Counted from the first letter of the stretch, positions 18,009 through 27,831 are shown. The stretch: 32,000 nt of DNA from an uncultured Actinomycetes bacterium (GCA_963843975.1 CAWJMG010000003.1:540001-572000), one strand, 5' to 3'. The notes: a model not told the origin generated them from the letters alone. Numbers and translations: made by a program.

Positions 18009-18902
18009 TCAGCCGGCCGGCGTGTCGCTGGTCGTGGCCTTCGTGATGACGATGGGCTGTGCGGGCGTTCCGTCGCTCATGTTCGCGCTTCCGGGCGTGA
18101 CCCCGGCCTCGCCGATCTTCTCGACGACGTCGAGGCCGGACACCACTGTGCCCCAGATCGTGTAGCTCGCGGGCAGGGTCGTGTCCTTGTAGACGATGAA
18201 GAACTGGCTGCCGCTCGTCCCGGCACCCGCATTGGCCATGGCCACGGTGCCCCTGGGGTAGTTCACGCCCGTGGCCGTGGGCAGGTTCTCGTCGGGCAGG
18301 TCGTAGCCGGGGCCGCCGGTGCCGTCGTTGTTCGGGCTGCCGCACTGGAGCACGAAGATGCCCTCGGTGGTGAGGCGGAAGCAGTCGCTGGCGGTGTAGA
18401 AGCCCTGCTGGGCCAGGAACACCATCGAGGTGGTCGTCTGCGGCGCCTTCTCGTTCGGCACCATCTCGATGACGATGTCGCCGCAGTTGGTGGCGAGCGT
18501 CAGGGTCGACTTCGTGCCTGCGGGCCGGGTGTCGGCCGGAGGCGAGCTCCACGTCTGCGTCTTCACCGTGGGGGTGGGGGCCTTGGTGCAGCCCTTCACG
18601 CTCACCGACGGCGACGGGCTGACCGAGCCGGAGGGCGAGGTCGACGGCGAGGTCGAGGGCGACACCGAGGTGGACGGCGAGGCAGTGGGGGACGGCGATC
18701 CGTCGCCGGACGCGACATCGTCGTCGGAGCGGTTGGTCAGGACGAGGGCGAGCACGCCGGCGAGCACGACGACGAGGGCCGCGACCACCGCGATGATCTG
18801 GTTGCGGCGGCGGTCCTTCTGCTGGCGCTCCGTGCGGCGCTGCTGCTGCCGCTCGTACTTCGCCCGCGCGAGATCGCGCTCACGCTTGTTGCTGCTCGAC
18901 AC
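18009..18902 (-). CDS. Membrane-anchored cyclophilin-type peptidyl-prolyl cis-trans isomerase, 297 aa
   Basis: Basic N-terminus, TM helix IIAVVAALVVVLAGVLALVL and S/P/T linker. Cyclophilin core (..TNCGDIVIEM...FLAQQGFY...FRLTTEGIFVLQCG...GTVAMANAGAGTSGSQFFIVYKD...YTIWGTVVSGLDVVEKI). Its stop lies 15 nt upstream of the DUF349 ATG. Adjacent to relA, as ppiB is in mycobacteria. Confidence 0.88.
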   Translation of the reverse strand: MSSSNKRERDLARAKYERQQQRRTERQQKDRRRNQIIAVVAALVVVLAGVLALVLTNRSDDDVASGDGSPSPTASPSTSVSPSTSPSTSPSGSVSPSPSVSVKGCTKAPTPTVKTQTWSSPPADTRPAGTKSTLTLATNCGDIVIEMVPNEKAPQTTTSMVFLAQQGFYTASDCFRLTTEGIFVLQCGSPNNDGTGGPGYDLPDENLPTATGVNYPRGTVAMANAGAGTSGSQFFIVYKDTTLPASYTIWGTVVSGLDVVEKIGEAGVTPGSANMSDGTPAQPIVITKATTSDTPAG

Positions 18903-19096
18903 GCCCCAAGGCTCCCGTCACGTCCCAGGCGCTGCACCGGTCCGGTGCCTCGCCGCGCACCTCGCGCCCTGGGAGTCTAGGCAGTCGATACGCGCTCGGG
19001 GGCACGCGGGGCGGAAGGTAGGCTGCGCACGCCGGGCGTGTCGCCCCGGCGGCCCCGTCACAGCCCGTGATGCGACCCCGCAGCAGGAGGAGTCCC

Positions 19097-19816
19097 GTGC
19101 TCGTCGTCGGCTTCCCTGCCGGGCCCTGGGGCACCAACTGCTGGGTCATCGCCCCTGCCGCGGGCGAGCAGTGCATCGTCGTGGACCCGGGCAAGGACGC
19201 CGCCCCCGGGATCGAGGACGCCGTCCGCGAGCACGGACTGGACCCGGTCGCCGTCCTGCTGACCCACGGCCACATCGACCACGTCTGGTCGGTCGTGCCC
19301 GTGTGCGGCGCGCGTGGCATCCCGGCGTACATCCACCCCGACGACCGCTCGATGCTCGCCGACCCCCTGGCGGGCATCAGCGCCCAGACGGCGCAGATGC
19401 TGTCCTCCATGACCGACGGCACGCTCGCCGCGGGGGAGCCGGACGACGTCCGCCTGCTCACCGACGGTGCCGTGCTCGAGCTGGCGGGGCTCGAGCTCGT
19501 GGTCGACCACGCCCCGGGCCACACCCGCGGCTCGGTGATGTTCCGCCACGCGGCGTCCGACGGCGTGCCCCCGGTGCTGCTGTCGGGCGACGTCCTGTTC
19601 GAGGGCTCGATCGGCCGCACCGACCTCCCCGGCGGCGACCACGCGGCCATGCTCGCGAGCCTCGCCGGCAAGGTGCTGCCGCTGGACGACGAGACCGTCG
19701 TGCTCCCCGGCCACGGGTCGACCACCACGATCGGCGACGAGCGCGCCACCAACCCGTACCTCCGAGCCCTGCGCGAGCAGGGCGCCACCATCGCCGCCCC
19801 CGGACGGGGGCTCTAG
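19097..19816 (+). CDS. MBL-fold metallo-hydrolase (glyoxalase II-like), 239 aa
   Basis: THGHIDHV (HxHxDH) metal-binding motif, ..VDHAPGHTRGS.., ..GDVLFEGSIGRTDLPGGD... GTG 19097 lies 6 nt after GGAGG and is preferred over the tracked start at 19067. Confidence 0.85.
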   Translation: MLVVGFPAGPWGTNCWVIAPAAGEQCIVVDPGKDAAPGIEDAVREHGLDPVAVLLTHGHIDHVWSVVPVCGARGIPAYIHPDDRSMLADPLAGISAQTAQMLSSMTDGTLAAGEPDDVRLLTDGAVLELAGLELVVDHAPGHTRGSVMFRHAASDGVPPVLLSGDVLFEGSIGRTDLPGGDHAAMLASLAGKVLPLDDETVVLPGHGSTTTIGDERATNPYLRALREQGATIAAPGRGL

Positions 19817-19822
19817 GACCTC

Positions 19823-21169
19823 ATGAGCCGCATCGCACCGCTGTCCGGATTCCCCGAGTGGCTGCCCGCCGAGCGCGTCGTCGAGCAGCAGGTGCTCGAC
19901 ACCGTGCGCCGGGTCTTCGAGCTGCACGGCTTCGCCTCCATCGAGACCCGCGCCGTCGAGCCGCTCGAGCAGATGCTGCGCAAGGGCGAGATCGACAAGG
20001 AGGTCTACGTCCTGCGCCGGCTGCACGCGGACAGCGACGAGCCCGACGCCGGCCTCGGCCTGCACTTCGACCTCACCGTGCCGTTCGCTCGCTACGTGCT
20101 GCAGAACGCCGGGCACCTCGAGTTCCCGTTCCGCCGCTACCAGATCCAGAAGGTGTGGCGGGGTGAGCGGCCCCAGGAGGGCCGGTTCCGCGAGTTCACC
20201 CAGGCCGACATCGACGTGATCGGCCGCGACACCCTCTCCTTCCACCACGAGGTCGAGGTCGCGCTGGTCATGGCCGAGGTGTTCCGCGCCCTGCCGTGCC
20301 CGCCTGCGGTCATCCTCGTCAACAACCGCAAGCTGGCCGAGGGCTTCTTCCTCGGTGCCGGCGCCTCGGACGCCGCGGCCGCGCTGCGCGCGATCGACAA
20401 GCTCGACAAGATCGGGCCGGCCAAGGTCGCGGCCCTTCTCGAGTCCGACGCCGGCCTCACGCCCGACGGTGCGCAGAAGTGCCTCGCGCTGGCGGGCATC
20501 CGCAGCGCCGACGTCTCGTTCGTCCAGCAGGTGCGCGACCTCGGAGTCGAGCACCCCCTGCTCGACGAGGGGCTCGGCGAGCTGGAGGCCGTCATCGGGG
20601 CGGCCTCGGCACGCATGCCAGGCGCTGTCGTCGCCGACCTGAAGATCGCCCGCGGCCTCGACTACTACACCGGCACGGTCTACGAGACCCAGCTCGTCGG
20701 CTACGAGTCGTTCGGGTCGGTGTGCTCGGGCGGCCGCTACGACTCGCTCGCGAGCGACGGCCGCACGACGTACCCCGGCGTGGGCATCTCGCTGGGCGTC
20801 TCGCGGCTGCTCTCGGTGCTCATCGGCCGCGGCCTCGTCACCGCGAGCCGCTCGGTGCCCACCGCGGTGCTGGTGGCCGTCTCGGACGAGGCGACCCGCC
20901 AGGCGTCCGAGGACGTCGCTGCCGCCCTGCGCGGCCGCGGCGTCAGCACGGAGGTCGCGCCCAGCGCGGCGAAGTTCGGCAAGCAGATCCGCCACGCCGA
21001 CCGACGTGGCATCCCGTTCGTGTGGTTCATCGCGGACGACGGCACGCACTCGGTCAAGGACATCCGGTCGGGCGACCAGGTCGACGCCGACCCCACCAGC
21101 TGGACGCCGCCGGCGGAGGACCTCGTCCCCGTCGTCGCGCTGGCTCAGAACGAGGAGAGCACGTCGTGA
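19823..21169 (+). CDS. hisS: Histidine--tRNA ligase, 448 aa
   Basis: Class II aaRS motifs (..[32 protein letters not shown].., ..[13 protein letters not shown]..) and a C-terminal anticodon-binding domain (..[19 protein letters not shown]..). Confidence 0.92.
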   Translation: MSRIAPLSGFPEWLPAERVVEQQVLDTVRRVFELHGFASIETRAVEPLEQMLRKGEIDKEVYVLRRLHADSDEPDAGLGLHFDLTVPFARYVLQNAGHLEFPFRRYQIQKVWRGERPQEGRFREFTQADIDVIGRDTLSFHHEVEVALVMAEVFRALPCPPAVILVNNRKLAEGFFLGAGASDAAAALRAIDKLDKIGPAKVAALLESDAGLTPDGAQKCLALAGIRSADVSFVQQVRDLGVEHPLLDEGLGELEAVIGAASARMPGAVVADLKIARGLDYYTGTVYETQLVGYESFGSVCSGGRYDSLASDGRTTYPGVGISLGVSRLLSVLIGRGLVTASRSVPTAVLVAVSDEATRQASEDVAAALRGRGVSTEVAPSAAKFGKQIRHADRRGIPFVWFIADDGTHSVKDIRSGDQVDADPTSWTPPAEDLVPVVALAQNEESTS

Positions 21170-22947
21170 TCCGCACGCACACCGCCGGAAGCCTTCGCGC
21201 GGAGAACGTCGGTCAGACCGTCACGCTGGCCGGCTGGGTGGCCCGCCGCCGCGACCACGGCGGCGTCGCCTTCCTCGACCTGCGCGACGCCTCGGGCGTC
21301 GTCCAGGTCGTGGTCCGCGACCCCGAGGTCGCGCACCCGCTGCGCAACGAGTTCTGCGTCAAGGTCGTCGGCGTCGTGTCCGCACGCCCCGAGGGCAACG
21401 CCAACGCCGACCTGCCCACCGGCGAGGTCGAGGTGGTCACGAGCGAGCTCGAGGTGCTCTCGACCGCAGCCCCGCTGCCGTTCCCGATCGACGAGCACGT
21501 CGAGGTCGGCGAGGAGGCGCGCCTGCGCCACCGCTACCTCGACCTGCGCCGGCCCGCGCCGGCGGCGGCCCTGCGGCTGCGCAGCCGCGTCAACCGCATC
21601 GCGCGCGACGTCCTCTACACGCACGACTTCATCGAGATCGAGACGCCGACGCTCACGCGCTCGACCCCCGAGGGCGCCCGCGACTTCCTGGTGCCCGCCC
21701 GGCTGCAGCCCGGCACCTGGTACGCCCTGCCGCAGAGCCCTCAGCTGTTCAAGCAGCTGCTCATGGTCGCCGGGATGGAGCGCTACTTCCAGATCGCGCG
21801 CTGCTACCGCGACGAGGACTTCCGCGCCGACCGTCAGCCGGAGTTCACCCAGCTCGACATCGAGATGAGCTTCGTCGACCAGGACGACGTCATCGCCATC
21901 GGCGAGGCGGTCGTCTCGTCGATCTGGCGCGAGATCGGGGTGGAGATCCCCACGCCCATCGCGCGGATGACCTACGCCGACTCGATGGCCCGGTACGGCA
22001 ACGACAAGCCCGACCTGCGCTTCGGCAACGAGCTCGTCGAGTGCACCGACTACTTCGGCGAGACGACGTTCCGCGTCTTCCAGGCGCCGTACGTCGGTGC
22101 CGTCGTCATGCCCGGCGGGGCGTCACAGCCGCGCAAGCAGCTCGACGCCTGGCAGGACTGGGCCAAGTCGCGCGGCGCGCGCGGCCTCGCCTACGTCCTG
22201 ATCGGCGAGGACGGCGAGCTCGGCGGCCCGGTCGCCAAGAACCTGAGCGACTCCGAGCGCGCGGGCCTCGCGGAGCGCGTCGGTGCGAAGCCCGGAGACT
22301 GCGTGTTCTTCGCGGCGGGGGAGACCACGCCGTCGCGCGCGCTGCTCGGCGCCGCCCGCCTCGAGATCGGCAGGCGCTGCGGCCTCATCGACGAGTCCGC
22401 GTGGGCGTTCGTGTGGATCGTCGACGCGCCGCTGTTCGAGCCGTCGTCCAAGGCGGTCGAGAGCGGCGACGTCGCCGTCGGCGCCGGCGCCTGGACCGCG
22501 GTGCACCACGCGTTCACCTCGCCCAAGCCGGAGTGGATCGACCGCTTCGAGGAGAGCCCGGGCGAGGCCCTGGCCTACGCCTACGACATCGTCTGCAACG
22601 GCAACGAGATCGGCGGCGGATCGATCCGTATCCACCGCAAGGACGTGCAGGAGCGCGTCTTCGCGATGATGGGCCTCGGCCCGGACGAGCAGCAGGAGAA
22701 GTTCGGCTTCCTGCTCGACGCGTTCGCGTTCGGCCCGCCGCCGCACGGCGGCATCGCCTTCGGCTGGGACCGCATCGTGGCCCTGCTCTCGGGCAGCGAC
22801 TCGATCCGCGACGTGATCGCGTTCCCGAAGACCGGCGGCGGCCAGGACCCGCTCACGGGCGCACCGGCGGCCATCAGCGACCAGCAGCGCGCCGAGGCGG
22901 GCGTCGACTTCGTGCCCGAGCCCGAGGACGCCCCGGCCGAGGCCTGA
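21166..22947 (+). CDS. aspS: Aspartate--tRNA ligase (probably the non-discriminating Asp/Asn type, as usual in actinobacteria), 593 aa
   Basis: GTGA overlap with his[45 protein letters not shown] (OB fold), [77 protein letters not shown]. Confidence 0.95.
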   Translation: MIRTHTAGSLRAENVGQTVTLAGWVARRRDHGGVAFLDLRDASGVVQVVVRDPEVAHPLRNEFCVKVVGVVSARPEGNANADLPTGEVEVVTSELEVLSTAAPLPFPIDEHVEVGEEARLRHRYLDLRRPAPAAALRLRSRVNRIARDVLYTHDFIEIETPTLTRSTPEGARDFLVPARLQPGTWYALPQSPQLFKQLLMVAGMERYFQIARCYRDEDFRADRQPEFTQLDIEMSFVDQDDVIAIGEAVVSSIWREIGVEIPTPIARMTYADSMARYGNDKPDLRFGNELVECTDYFGETTFRVFQAPYVGAVVMPGGASQPRKQLDAWQDWAKSRGARGLAYVLIGEDGELGGPVAKNLSDSERAGLAERVGAKPGDCVFFAAGETTPSRALLGAARLEIGRRCGLIDESAWAFVWIVDAPLFEPSSKAVESGDVAVGAGAWTAVHHAFTSPKPEWIDRFEESPGEALAYAYDIVCNGNEIGGGSIRIHRKDVQERVFAMMGLGPDEQQEKFGFLLDAFAFGPPPHGGIAFGWDRIVALLSGSDSIRDVIAFPKTGGGQDPLTGAPAAISDQQRAEAGVDFVPEPEDAPAEA

Positions 22948-22952
22948 TCCGC

Positions 22953-22988
22953 GACGCGCCCGCCCCCCGAACGGGGGCGGGTGGCGTC
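22953..22988 (+). terminator. GC-rich hairpin downstream of aspS (candidate intrinsic terminator)
   Basis: GACGCGCCCGCCCCC-cgaac-GGGGGCGGGTGGCGTC. The core is 9 consecutive G-C pairs, extended by one G-U and one more G-C pair, with additional outer pairing beyond a 1-nt bulge. It starts 6 nt after stop 22945-22947. No U-tract. Confidence 0.55.
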
Positions 22989-23088
22989 GCCGTGGCCCGT
23001 CGCCGCGCGCATACTTGCTGCCGACACCAGGTCCGGGGGGCCTGATCGAGCGCCGTACGCGGACCGCGTCCGACCGAGGGAGATCCCG

Positions 23089-25470
23089 TTGGCCGAGCAG
23101 ACCACGCCCGTCCCCACCGGGCTTCCCGAGCCCGAGGTCGGGCCGGTGGTGTCGCCCATGCACGGCCGGCGCGACAACCCGGACATCCTCACCCGCAAGC
23201 CGCTGGTCTTCTGGGACCGCATCAAGCTGCTGCTGTTATTCAGCGCGGCGTTCGGCGTCATCGTGTGGGCGCAGGCCGCGCAGAACCGGCTGGTGTCGTT
23301 CCCGCAGGCAGAGCGTTCGGCTGCGGCGTCCGGGTTCGGGCAGATCCTGCTCGTCCTGATCATGCTCGAGGCCCTGCGGCAGATCCACTTCGTGCTGGCC
23401 GAGCACTCGGCGGGCTATCACCAGACGTGGCTGCGACTCTTCGCACGCACCGAGCGCTTCACCGGCCGCTACAGCGCCTGGACGCGCTACCGGGTCGCCC
23501 GCGTCGCCAAGTGGGTCATCGGCCTCGTCGTCGTGTCGATGGTGCTCGCGGCGATCTCCGGGCTGCCGCCGATCCTCGCGCTGTTCCAGGTGCCCGCGTG
23601 GTTCATCTCGCAGCTGCCGATGATCCTGCAGCTCGTCCTGTACCTGTTCATCGCGGTCGCGCAGTTCGGGCTGATCTTCTGGTTCCTCTCCCGCGGCGGC
23701 GTCGACGTCTACTTCCCGGACGACGTGAAGACCCGCTTCGACGACGTGTGGGGCCAGGACGGCGTCCTCGAGCGCGTGCGGGAGAACATCGTCTTCATGG
23801 AGAACCCCGAGGAGATCGAGGCCAAGGGCGGCTACGTGCCCGGCGGCATCCTCCTGTGGGGCCCGCCCGGCACGGGCAAGACGCTGCTGGCCGAGGCGGT
23901 CGCGGGCGAGACCGGCAAGCCGTACGTCTTCGTCGACCCGGGCGCGTTCATCAACATGTTCTTCGGTGTCGGCGTCCTCAAGGTCAAGGGGCTGTTCCGC
24001 AAACTGCGCAAGCTCTCGCTGCGCTACGGCGGCGTCATCGTGTTCTTCGACGAGGCCGACACCCTCGGCAGCCGCGGCGGCGCGGTCAGCCAGGCCCGCC
24101 GGGCCGCGCTGGAGAACACCCGCACGTCGTTCGACCTCGAGCACGGCTCGACCTGCAACGGCCGCTACTACACGTCGCCGCAGACCCAGCGCTACCTCTA
24201 CGAGTCCGAGCTCGCCGACCGGCAGCTGTTCGTCCCGACCGGCGGCCAGGGCGGTGGAGGCATGGGCGGCATGGGAACGCTGCAGGCGCTGCTCACCGAG
24301 CTGTCGGGCCTCAAGAAGCCGCGCGGGTTCGTCAACCGCGTCGTGCGGCGCACCCTCGGCATGCGCCCGAAGCCTCCGCCGAAGTACCGCATCCTCGTGA
24401 TGATGGCGACGAACATGCCCGACGCGCTCGACCCGGCCCTGCTGCGCCCCGGCCGGATCGACCGCATCTACCGCATGGGCTACCCGTCCAAGGCGGGCCG
24501 CATCGTCACGTACAAGAACTACCTCGACAAGGTGAAGCACGTCGTCACCGACGAGCAGATCGAGACGCTCGCGACCATCTCGCCGTACGCCACCGGCGCC
24601 ACCATCAAGGACTCGGTCAACGAGGCCTTGGTCATCGCCATCCGCGACGGCCGCGACGCCGTGACGTACGCCGACCTCATCAAGGCCAAGTCGCTCAAGG
24701 ACCACGGCCTGCCGGACGGCTTCAACTACGTCGACCGCGAACGTCACTCGCTGGCGATCCACGAGGCGTGCCACGCCGTCGTGATGTTCCGGCTGCAGCA
24801 CTCGAGCATCATCGACACCGCCACCATCGAGCGCCGTGGCGACGTCGGCGGCTTCGTGTCGCCGATCCCGATCGAGGAGCGCTTCGTCGAGTGGCGCAGC
24901 GAGGTCGACGTCGACGTCATGACGTTCCTCGCGTCGCTCGCGGGCGAGCGGATGTTCTACGACGGCGACCACACCCAGGGCGTCGGCGGCGACATGGCCT
25001 CGGCCACCGGGATCGTCACGCGCTCGATGCTGTCGCACGCGATGGGCCCGAACCTGCGCGCCTTCAACGGCGGCATGCTCGCCCGGTCCGGCCTCATGGC
25101 CGGCGGGATCCCGCTGGTCGAGGGCGTGCCCTTCGAGGGCGAGACCGCGTCCGCGGTCGAGGCCAAGCTCCGCGAGCTCTACGACCGCACGGTGACGGTG
25201 CTCGAGGAGAACCGCCGCGAGGTCCTGGCGGTGGCGCACGCGCTCGAGACGTACAAGACACTCTCGGGCGAGGACGTCGCGGCCGTGATCGACGGCACCG
25301 AGGGCCCGCTCGTCGACGGACGCGGGTACGTCGAGCCGGAGTTCGTGTCCGAGCTGGAGGACTACCACCGCCAGGCGGTCGAGGCGCACAAGGTCGTGCA
25401 CGAGCGGCCGCCGTCGCTCCCGGCGATGCCCGAGCCGATCGCGGCAGCCCGCCGCGCGGAGCAGGGCTGA
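23089..25470 (+). CDS. Atypical FtsH-like membrane AAA+ ATPase / M41 zinc metalloprotease paralog, about 793 aa
   Basis: Four predicted TM helices (LLLLFSAAFGVIVWA; ILLVLIMLEALRQIHFVLA; WVIGLVVVSMVLAAISGLPPILALF; MILQLVLYLFIAVAQFGLIFWFL). Walker A GPPGTGKT (23860-23883), pore loop NMFFGVGV, Walker B VIVFFDEAD, SRH ATNMPDALDPALLRPGRIDR. HExxH HEACH (24760-24774) and downstream GVGGDMASATGI. The start is uncertain: TTG 23089 (after GAGGGAG), ATG 23158, or the tracked 22981. Confidence 0.75.
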   Translation: MAEQTTPVPTGLPEPEVGPVVSPMHGRRDNPDILTRKPLVFWDRIKLLLLFSAAFGVIVWAQAAQNRLVSFPQAERSAAASGFGQILLVLIMLEALRQIHFVLAEHSAGYHQTWLRLFARTERFTGRYSAWTRYRVARVAKWVIGLVVVSMVLAAISGLPPILALFQVPAWFISQLPMILQLVLYLFIAVAQFGLIFWFLSRGGVDVYFPDDVKTRFDDVWGQDGVLERVRENIVFMENPEEIEAKGGYVPGGILLWGPPGTGKTLLAEAVAGETGKPYVFVDPGAFINMFFGVGVLKVKGLFRKLRKLSLRYGGVIVFFDEADTLGSRGGAVSQARRAALENTRTSFDLEHGSTCNGRYYTSPQTQRYLYESELADRQLFVPTGGQGGGGMGGMGTLQALLTELSGLKKPRGFVNRVVRRTLGMRPKPPPKYRILVMMATNMPDALDPALLRPGRIDRIYRMGYPSKAGRIVTYKNYLDKVKHVVTDEQIETLATISPYATGATIKDSVNEALVIAIRDGRDAVTYADLIKAKSLKDHGLPDGFNYVDRERHSLAIHEACHAVVMFRLQHSSIIDTATIERRGDVGGFVSPIPIEERFVEWRSEVDVDVMTFLASLAGERMFYDGDHTQGVGGDMASATGIVTRSMLSHAMGPNLRAFNGGMLARSGLMAGGIPLVEGVPFEGETASAVEAKLRELYDRTVTVLEENRREVLAVAHALETYKTLSGEDVAAVIDGTEGPLVDGRGYVEPEFVSELEDYHRQAVEAHKVVHERPPSLPAMPEPIAAARRAEQG

Positions 25471-25484
25471 TCCCCACCACGGCT

Positions 25485-25514
25485 GGAGCCCCGAACCTCG
25501 CGGTCCGGGGCTCC
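25485..25514. terminator. Bidirectional terminator-like hairpin between the convergent FtsH-like and GNAT genes
   Basis: GGAGCCCCG (25485-25493) and CGGGGCTCC (25506-25514) form a perfect 9-bp stem with a 12-nt loop, centred in the 51-bp gap between the stops at 25468-25470 (+) and 25522-25524 (-). Confidence 0.55.
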
Positions 25515-25521
25515 TCCGCGT

Positions 25522-26349
25522 TCAGGCCTGCGGCGCCAGCGCCCCCGAGGTGCTGCCACGCAGCCAGGTGAAGCCGAGTGACGCGTAGACAGACCGCGCC
25601 GCGTCGTTGTCGGCGTACATGCCGAGGCTCACCGCGGGGGCGCCGGAGGCCAGCGACTCCTCGGTGACCACGGCGCACAGGAGCCGGGCGAGCCGGCGTC
25701 CACGCCGTTCGGGGTGGGTGGCGACGCTGTTGAGGTGGTGGCTGCCCGAGCGCTGCCGCGTGACCGCGAGCACCGCGGCGAGGCCGCCCGTGTCGTCGAG
25801 CCCGCCCTCGGGGTCCTCGATGCCTGCCCAGCGCACCACGCGCGGGTCGCCTGCCGGGATCGAGGCGGTGGGGGAGTGCGCCTGCAGCAGCGCCCCGATC
25901 CTCGGGTCGTCGGCGTCCAGCGTGCGGACCGTGGCGCCATCGCCGTACGGCGTGGACTGCGGCCCGGGCGCGACGAGCGTGCACCAGCCGTCCCACTCGT
26001 CGTGGTCGACCGGCTGCAGCCGCGACGGAAGCAGCGCGAGCCCGCCGCGAGGCACGGTGACCCCGGTGATCGGCTCGCCCGCCGACGCCCCGGCGTCGGC
26101 CAGGGCGACCAGGAGGTCCACGGCGGCCGCCACCTGGGCGGGGTCCCGAGGGTCTGCGGCGAACCCGCTCACCCACCGGGCGCCGCGCCACGCGTGGTGG
26201 CTCACGAGCGCCACCGCCCGGCCCGGGTCGGTGGCCACCCGCTGGAGATGACCGGGATCGACGTCGTAGCGGATCCAGAGGTCGTCCGGCAGCGCGGCCA
26301 TCAGCTCGGCGTGCAGGGCGGTCTGGCGCTCGTCGGGTGCGGGGCTCAC
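25522..26349 (-). CDS. GNAT-family N-acetyltransferase with an uncharacterised N-terminal half, about 275 aa
   Basis: The C-terminal region LAVTRQRSGSHHLNSVATHPERRGRRLARLLCAVVTEESLASGAPAVSLGMYADNDAARSVYASLGFT matches GNAT motif A (acetyl-CoA pocket). Start is GTG 26349 or ATG 26301. The rest of tracked ORF 25522..27591 is antisense to rarA and was discarded. Confidence 0.65.
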   Translation of the reverse strand: MSPAPDERQTALHAELMAALPDDLWIRYDVDPGHLQRVATDPGRAVALVSHHAWRGARWVSGFAADPRDPAQVAAAVDLLVALADAGASAGEPITGVTVPRGGLALLPSRLQPVDHDEWDGWCTLVAPGPQSTPYGDGATVRTLDADDPRIGALLQAHSPTASIPAGDPRVVRWAGIEDPEGGLDDTGGLAAVLAVTRQRSGSHHLNSVATHPERRGRRLARLLCAVVTEESLASGAPAVSLGMYADNDAARSVYASLGFTWLRGSTSGALAPQA

Positions 26350-26397
26350 GCCGCTACCCAAGCAGACCGCCGGAGGCTCACGGCTTAGGGTTCGGGC

Positions 26398-27831
26398 GTG
26401 ACCGCGAGCCTGTTCGACGACGGTGCCGCGCCCACGCGCGCCGGTGCGCCGCTCGCTGTGCGCATGCGTCCGCGGACGCTCGACGAGCTGGTCGGCCAGA
26501 AGCACCTGCTCGAGCCGGGGAGCCCCCTGCGGCGCCTCGTGGCCGACCCGGTGTCGGGCCGCGCGGGCATCACCAGCGTGATCCTGTGGGGGCCGCCAGG
26601 CACCGGGAAGACCACGCTCGCCTCGCTCGTCAGCACCAGCACCGGGCGCCGGTTCGTGGAGCTGTCGGCGGTCACCGCGGGTGTGAAGGACGTCCGCGAG
26701 GTCGTCGAGCGGGCGCGCGACGCCCTCGGGATGCAGGGGCAGGGCACGGTCCTGTTCGTCGACGAGGTCCACCGCTTCTCCAAGACCCAGCAGGACGCGC
26801 TGCTGCCTGCCGTCGAGAACGGCTGGGTCACGCTCGTCGCAGCCACGACGGAGAACCCGTCGTTCTCGGTCATCTCGCCGCTGCTGTCGCGCTCGCTGGT
26901 CCTCACGCTCGCCTCGCTGACCGACGACGACCTCCGCGAGCTGCTGCACCGCGCGGTCACCGACCCGCGCGGCCTCGACGGCACGATCGAGCTGTCCGCC
27001 GAGGCCGAGGACCACCTCCTGCGGGTGGCCGGCGGCGACGCGCGCCGCGCGCTGACAAGCCTCGAGGCCGCAGCAGGCGCGGCGCTGGACGCCGGGACGC
27101 ACGTGGTCGACCTCGCGGCGGTGGAGCGAGCCGTCGCGCATGCCGCACCTCGGTACGACCGCGACGGCGACCAGCACTACGACGTCATCAGCGCGTTCAT
27201 CAAGAGCTGCCGCGGGTCCGACGTCGATGCGGCTCTGCACTACCTCGCGCGCATGCTCGAGGCGGGGGAGGACCCGCGCTTCATCGCGCGGCGCCTGATC
27301 ATCCTGGCGAGCGAGGACGTCGGCATGGCCGACCCGACCGCGCTCCAGACCGCGGTCGCCGCCGCGACCGCCGTCCAGCTGATCGGCCTGCCCGAGGGCC
27401 GGCTGACCCTGGCGCAGGCGACCGTGGCGATCGCGCTCGCGCCGAAGTCCAACGCGGTCACCGTCGCCATCGGCGAGGCGGAGGCCGACGTCCGGCGCGG
27501 CCTGATCGGCCCGGTGCCCGCCCACCTGCGCGACAGCCACTACGCCCGTGCCTCCGACCTCGGGCACGGCGTCGGCTACGTCTACCCGCACGACGTGCCC
27601 GGAGGCGTCGCCGACCAGCAGTACGCACCGGACCAGGCCGCCGGGCGCCGCTACTACGTGCCGACGCGCTACGGCGCGGAGGCGCGGTACGCCGACGTCC
27701 TCGACCGCCTCCGCGTCGCGCTCGGCCGTGAGCCGGCGCCGGCGCCGAACTCCGACGAGCCTGCCGCCGCACCGCCGGTAGGGTCGGACGACGGGCCGGA
27801 AGGCGGCCCCTCGAGCAGCGGGAAGGGGTGA
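26398..27831 (+). CDS. rarA: Replication-associated recombination protein A (RarA/MgsA AAA+ ATPase), 477 aa
   Basis: [21 protein letters not shown]...[14 protein letters not shown]...[38 protein letters not shown]...[41 protein letters not shown]... Confidence 0.93.
   Translation: MTASLFDDGAAPTRAGAPLAVRMRPRTLDELVGQKHLLEPGSPLRRLVADPVSGRAGITSVILWGPPGTGKTTLASLVSTSTGRRFVELSAVTAGVKDVREVVERARDALGMQGQGTVLFVDEVHRFSKTQQDALLPAVENGWVTLVAATTENPSFSVISPLLSRSLVLTLASLTDDDLRELLHRAVTDPRGLDGTIELSAEAEDHLLRVAGGDARRALTSLEAAAGAALDAGTHVVDLAAVERAVAHAAPRYDRDGDQHYDVISAFIKSCRGSDVDAALHYLARMLEAGEDPRFIARRLIILASEDVGMADPTALQTAVAAATAVQLIGLPEGRLTLAQATVAIALAPKSNAVTVAIGEAEADVRRGLIGPVPAHLRDSHYARASDLGHGVGYVYPHDVPGGVADQQYAPDQAAGRRYYVPTRYGAEARYADVLDRLRVALGREPAPAPNSDEPAAAPPVGSDDGPEGGPSSSGKG

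Noticed and set aside
16287-18980. 897-aa plus-strand ORF covering the DUF349 and PPIase loci
   Set aside because: The minus-strand frames carry clear DUF349 repeats and a cyclophilin core. The plus-strand product is Gly/Arg/Leu/Asp-rich noise.
18903-19096. The 194-bp divergent intergenic region checked for a tRNA or small RNA gene
   Set aside because: No T-loop (GGTTCGAATCC-like) or cloverleaf-compatible arms were visible. It is best explained as divergent promoters (for example TAGGCT at about 19018) for the PPIase and MBL genes. I cannot exclude an sRNA without expression data.
26350-27591. Upstream two-thirds of the 689-aa minus-strand ORF 25522..27591
   Set aside because: Only the C-terminal 275 codons (the GNAT fold) are credible. 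The remainder is antisense to rarA and has no acetyltransferase or other similarity.
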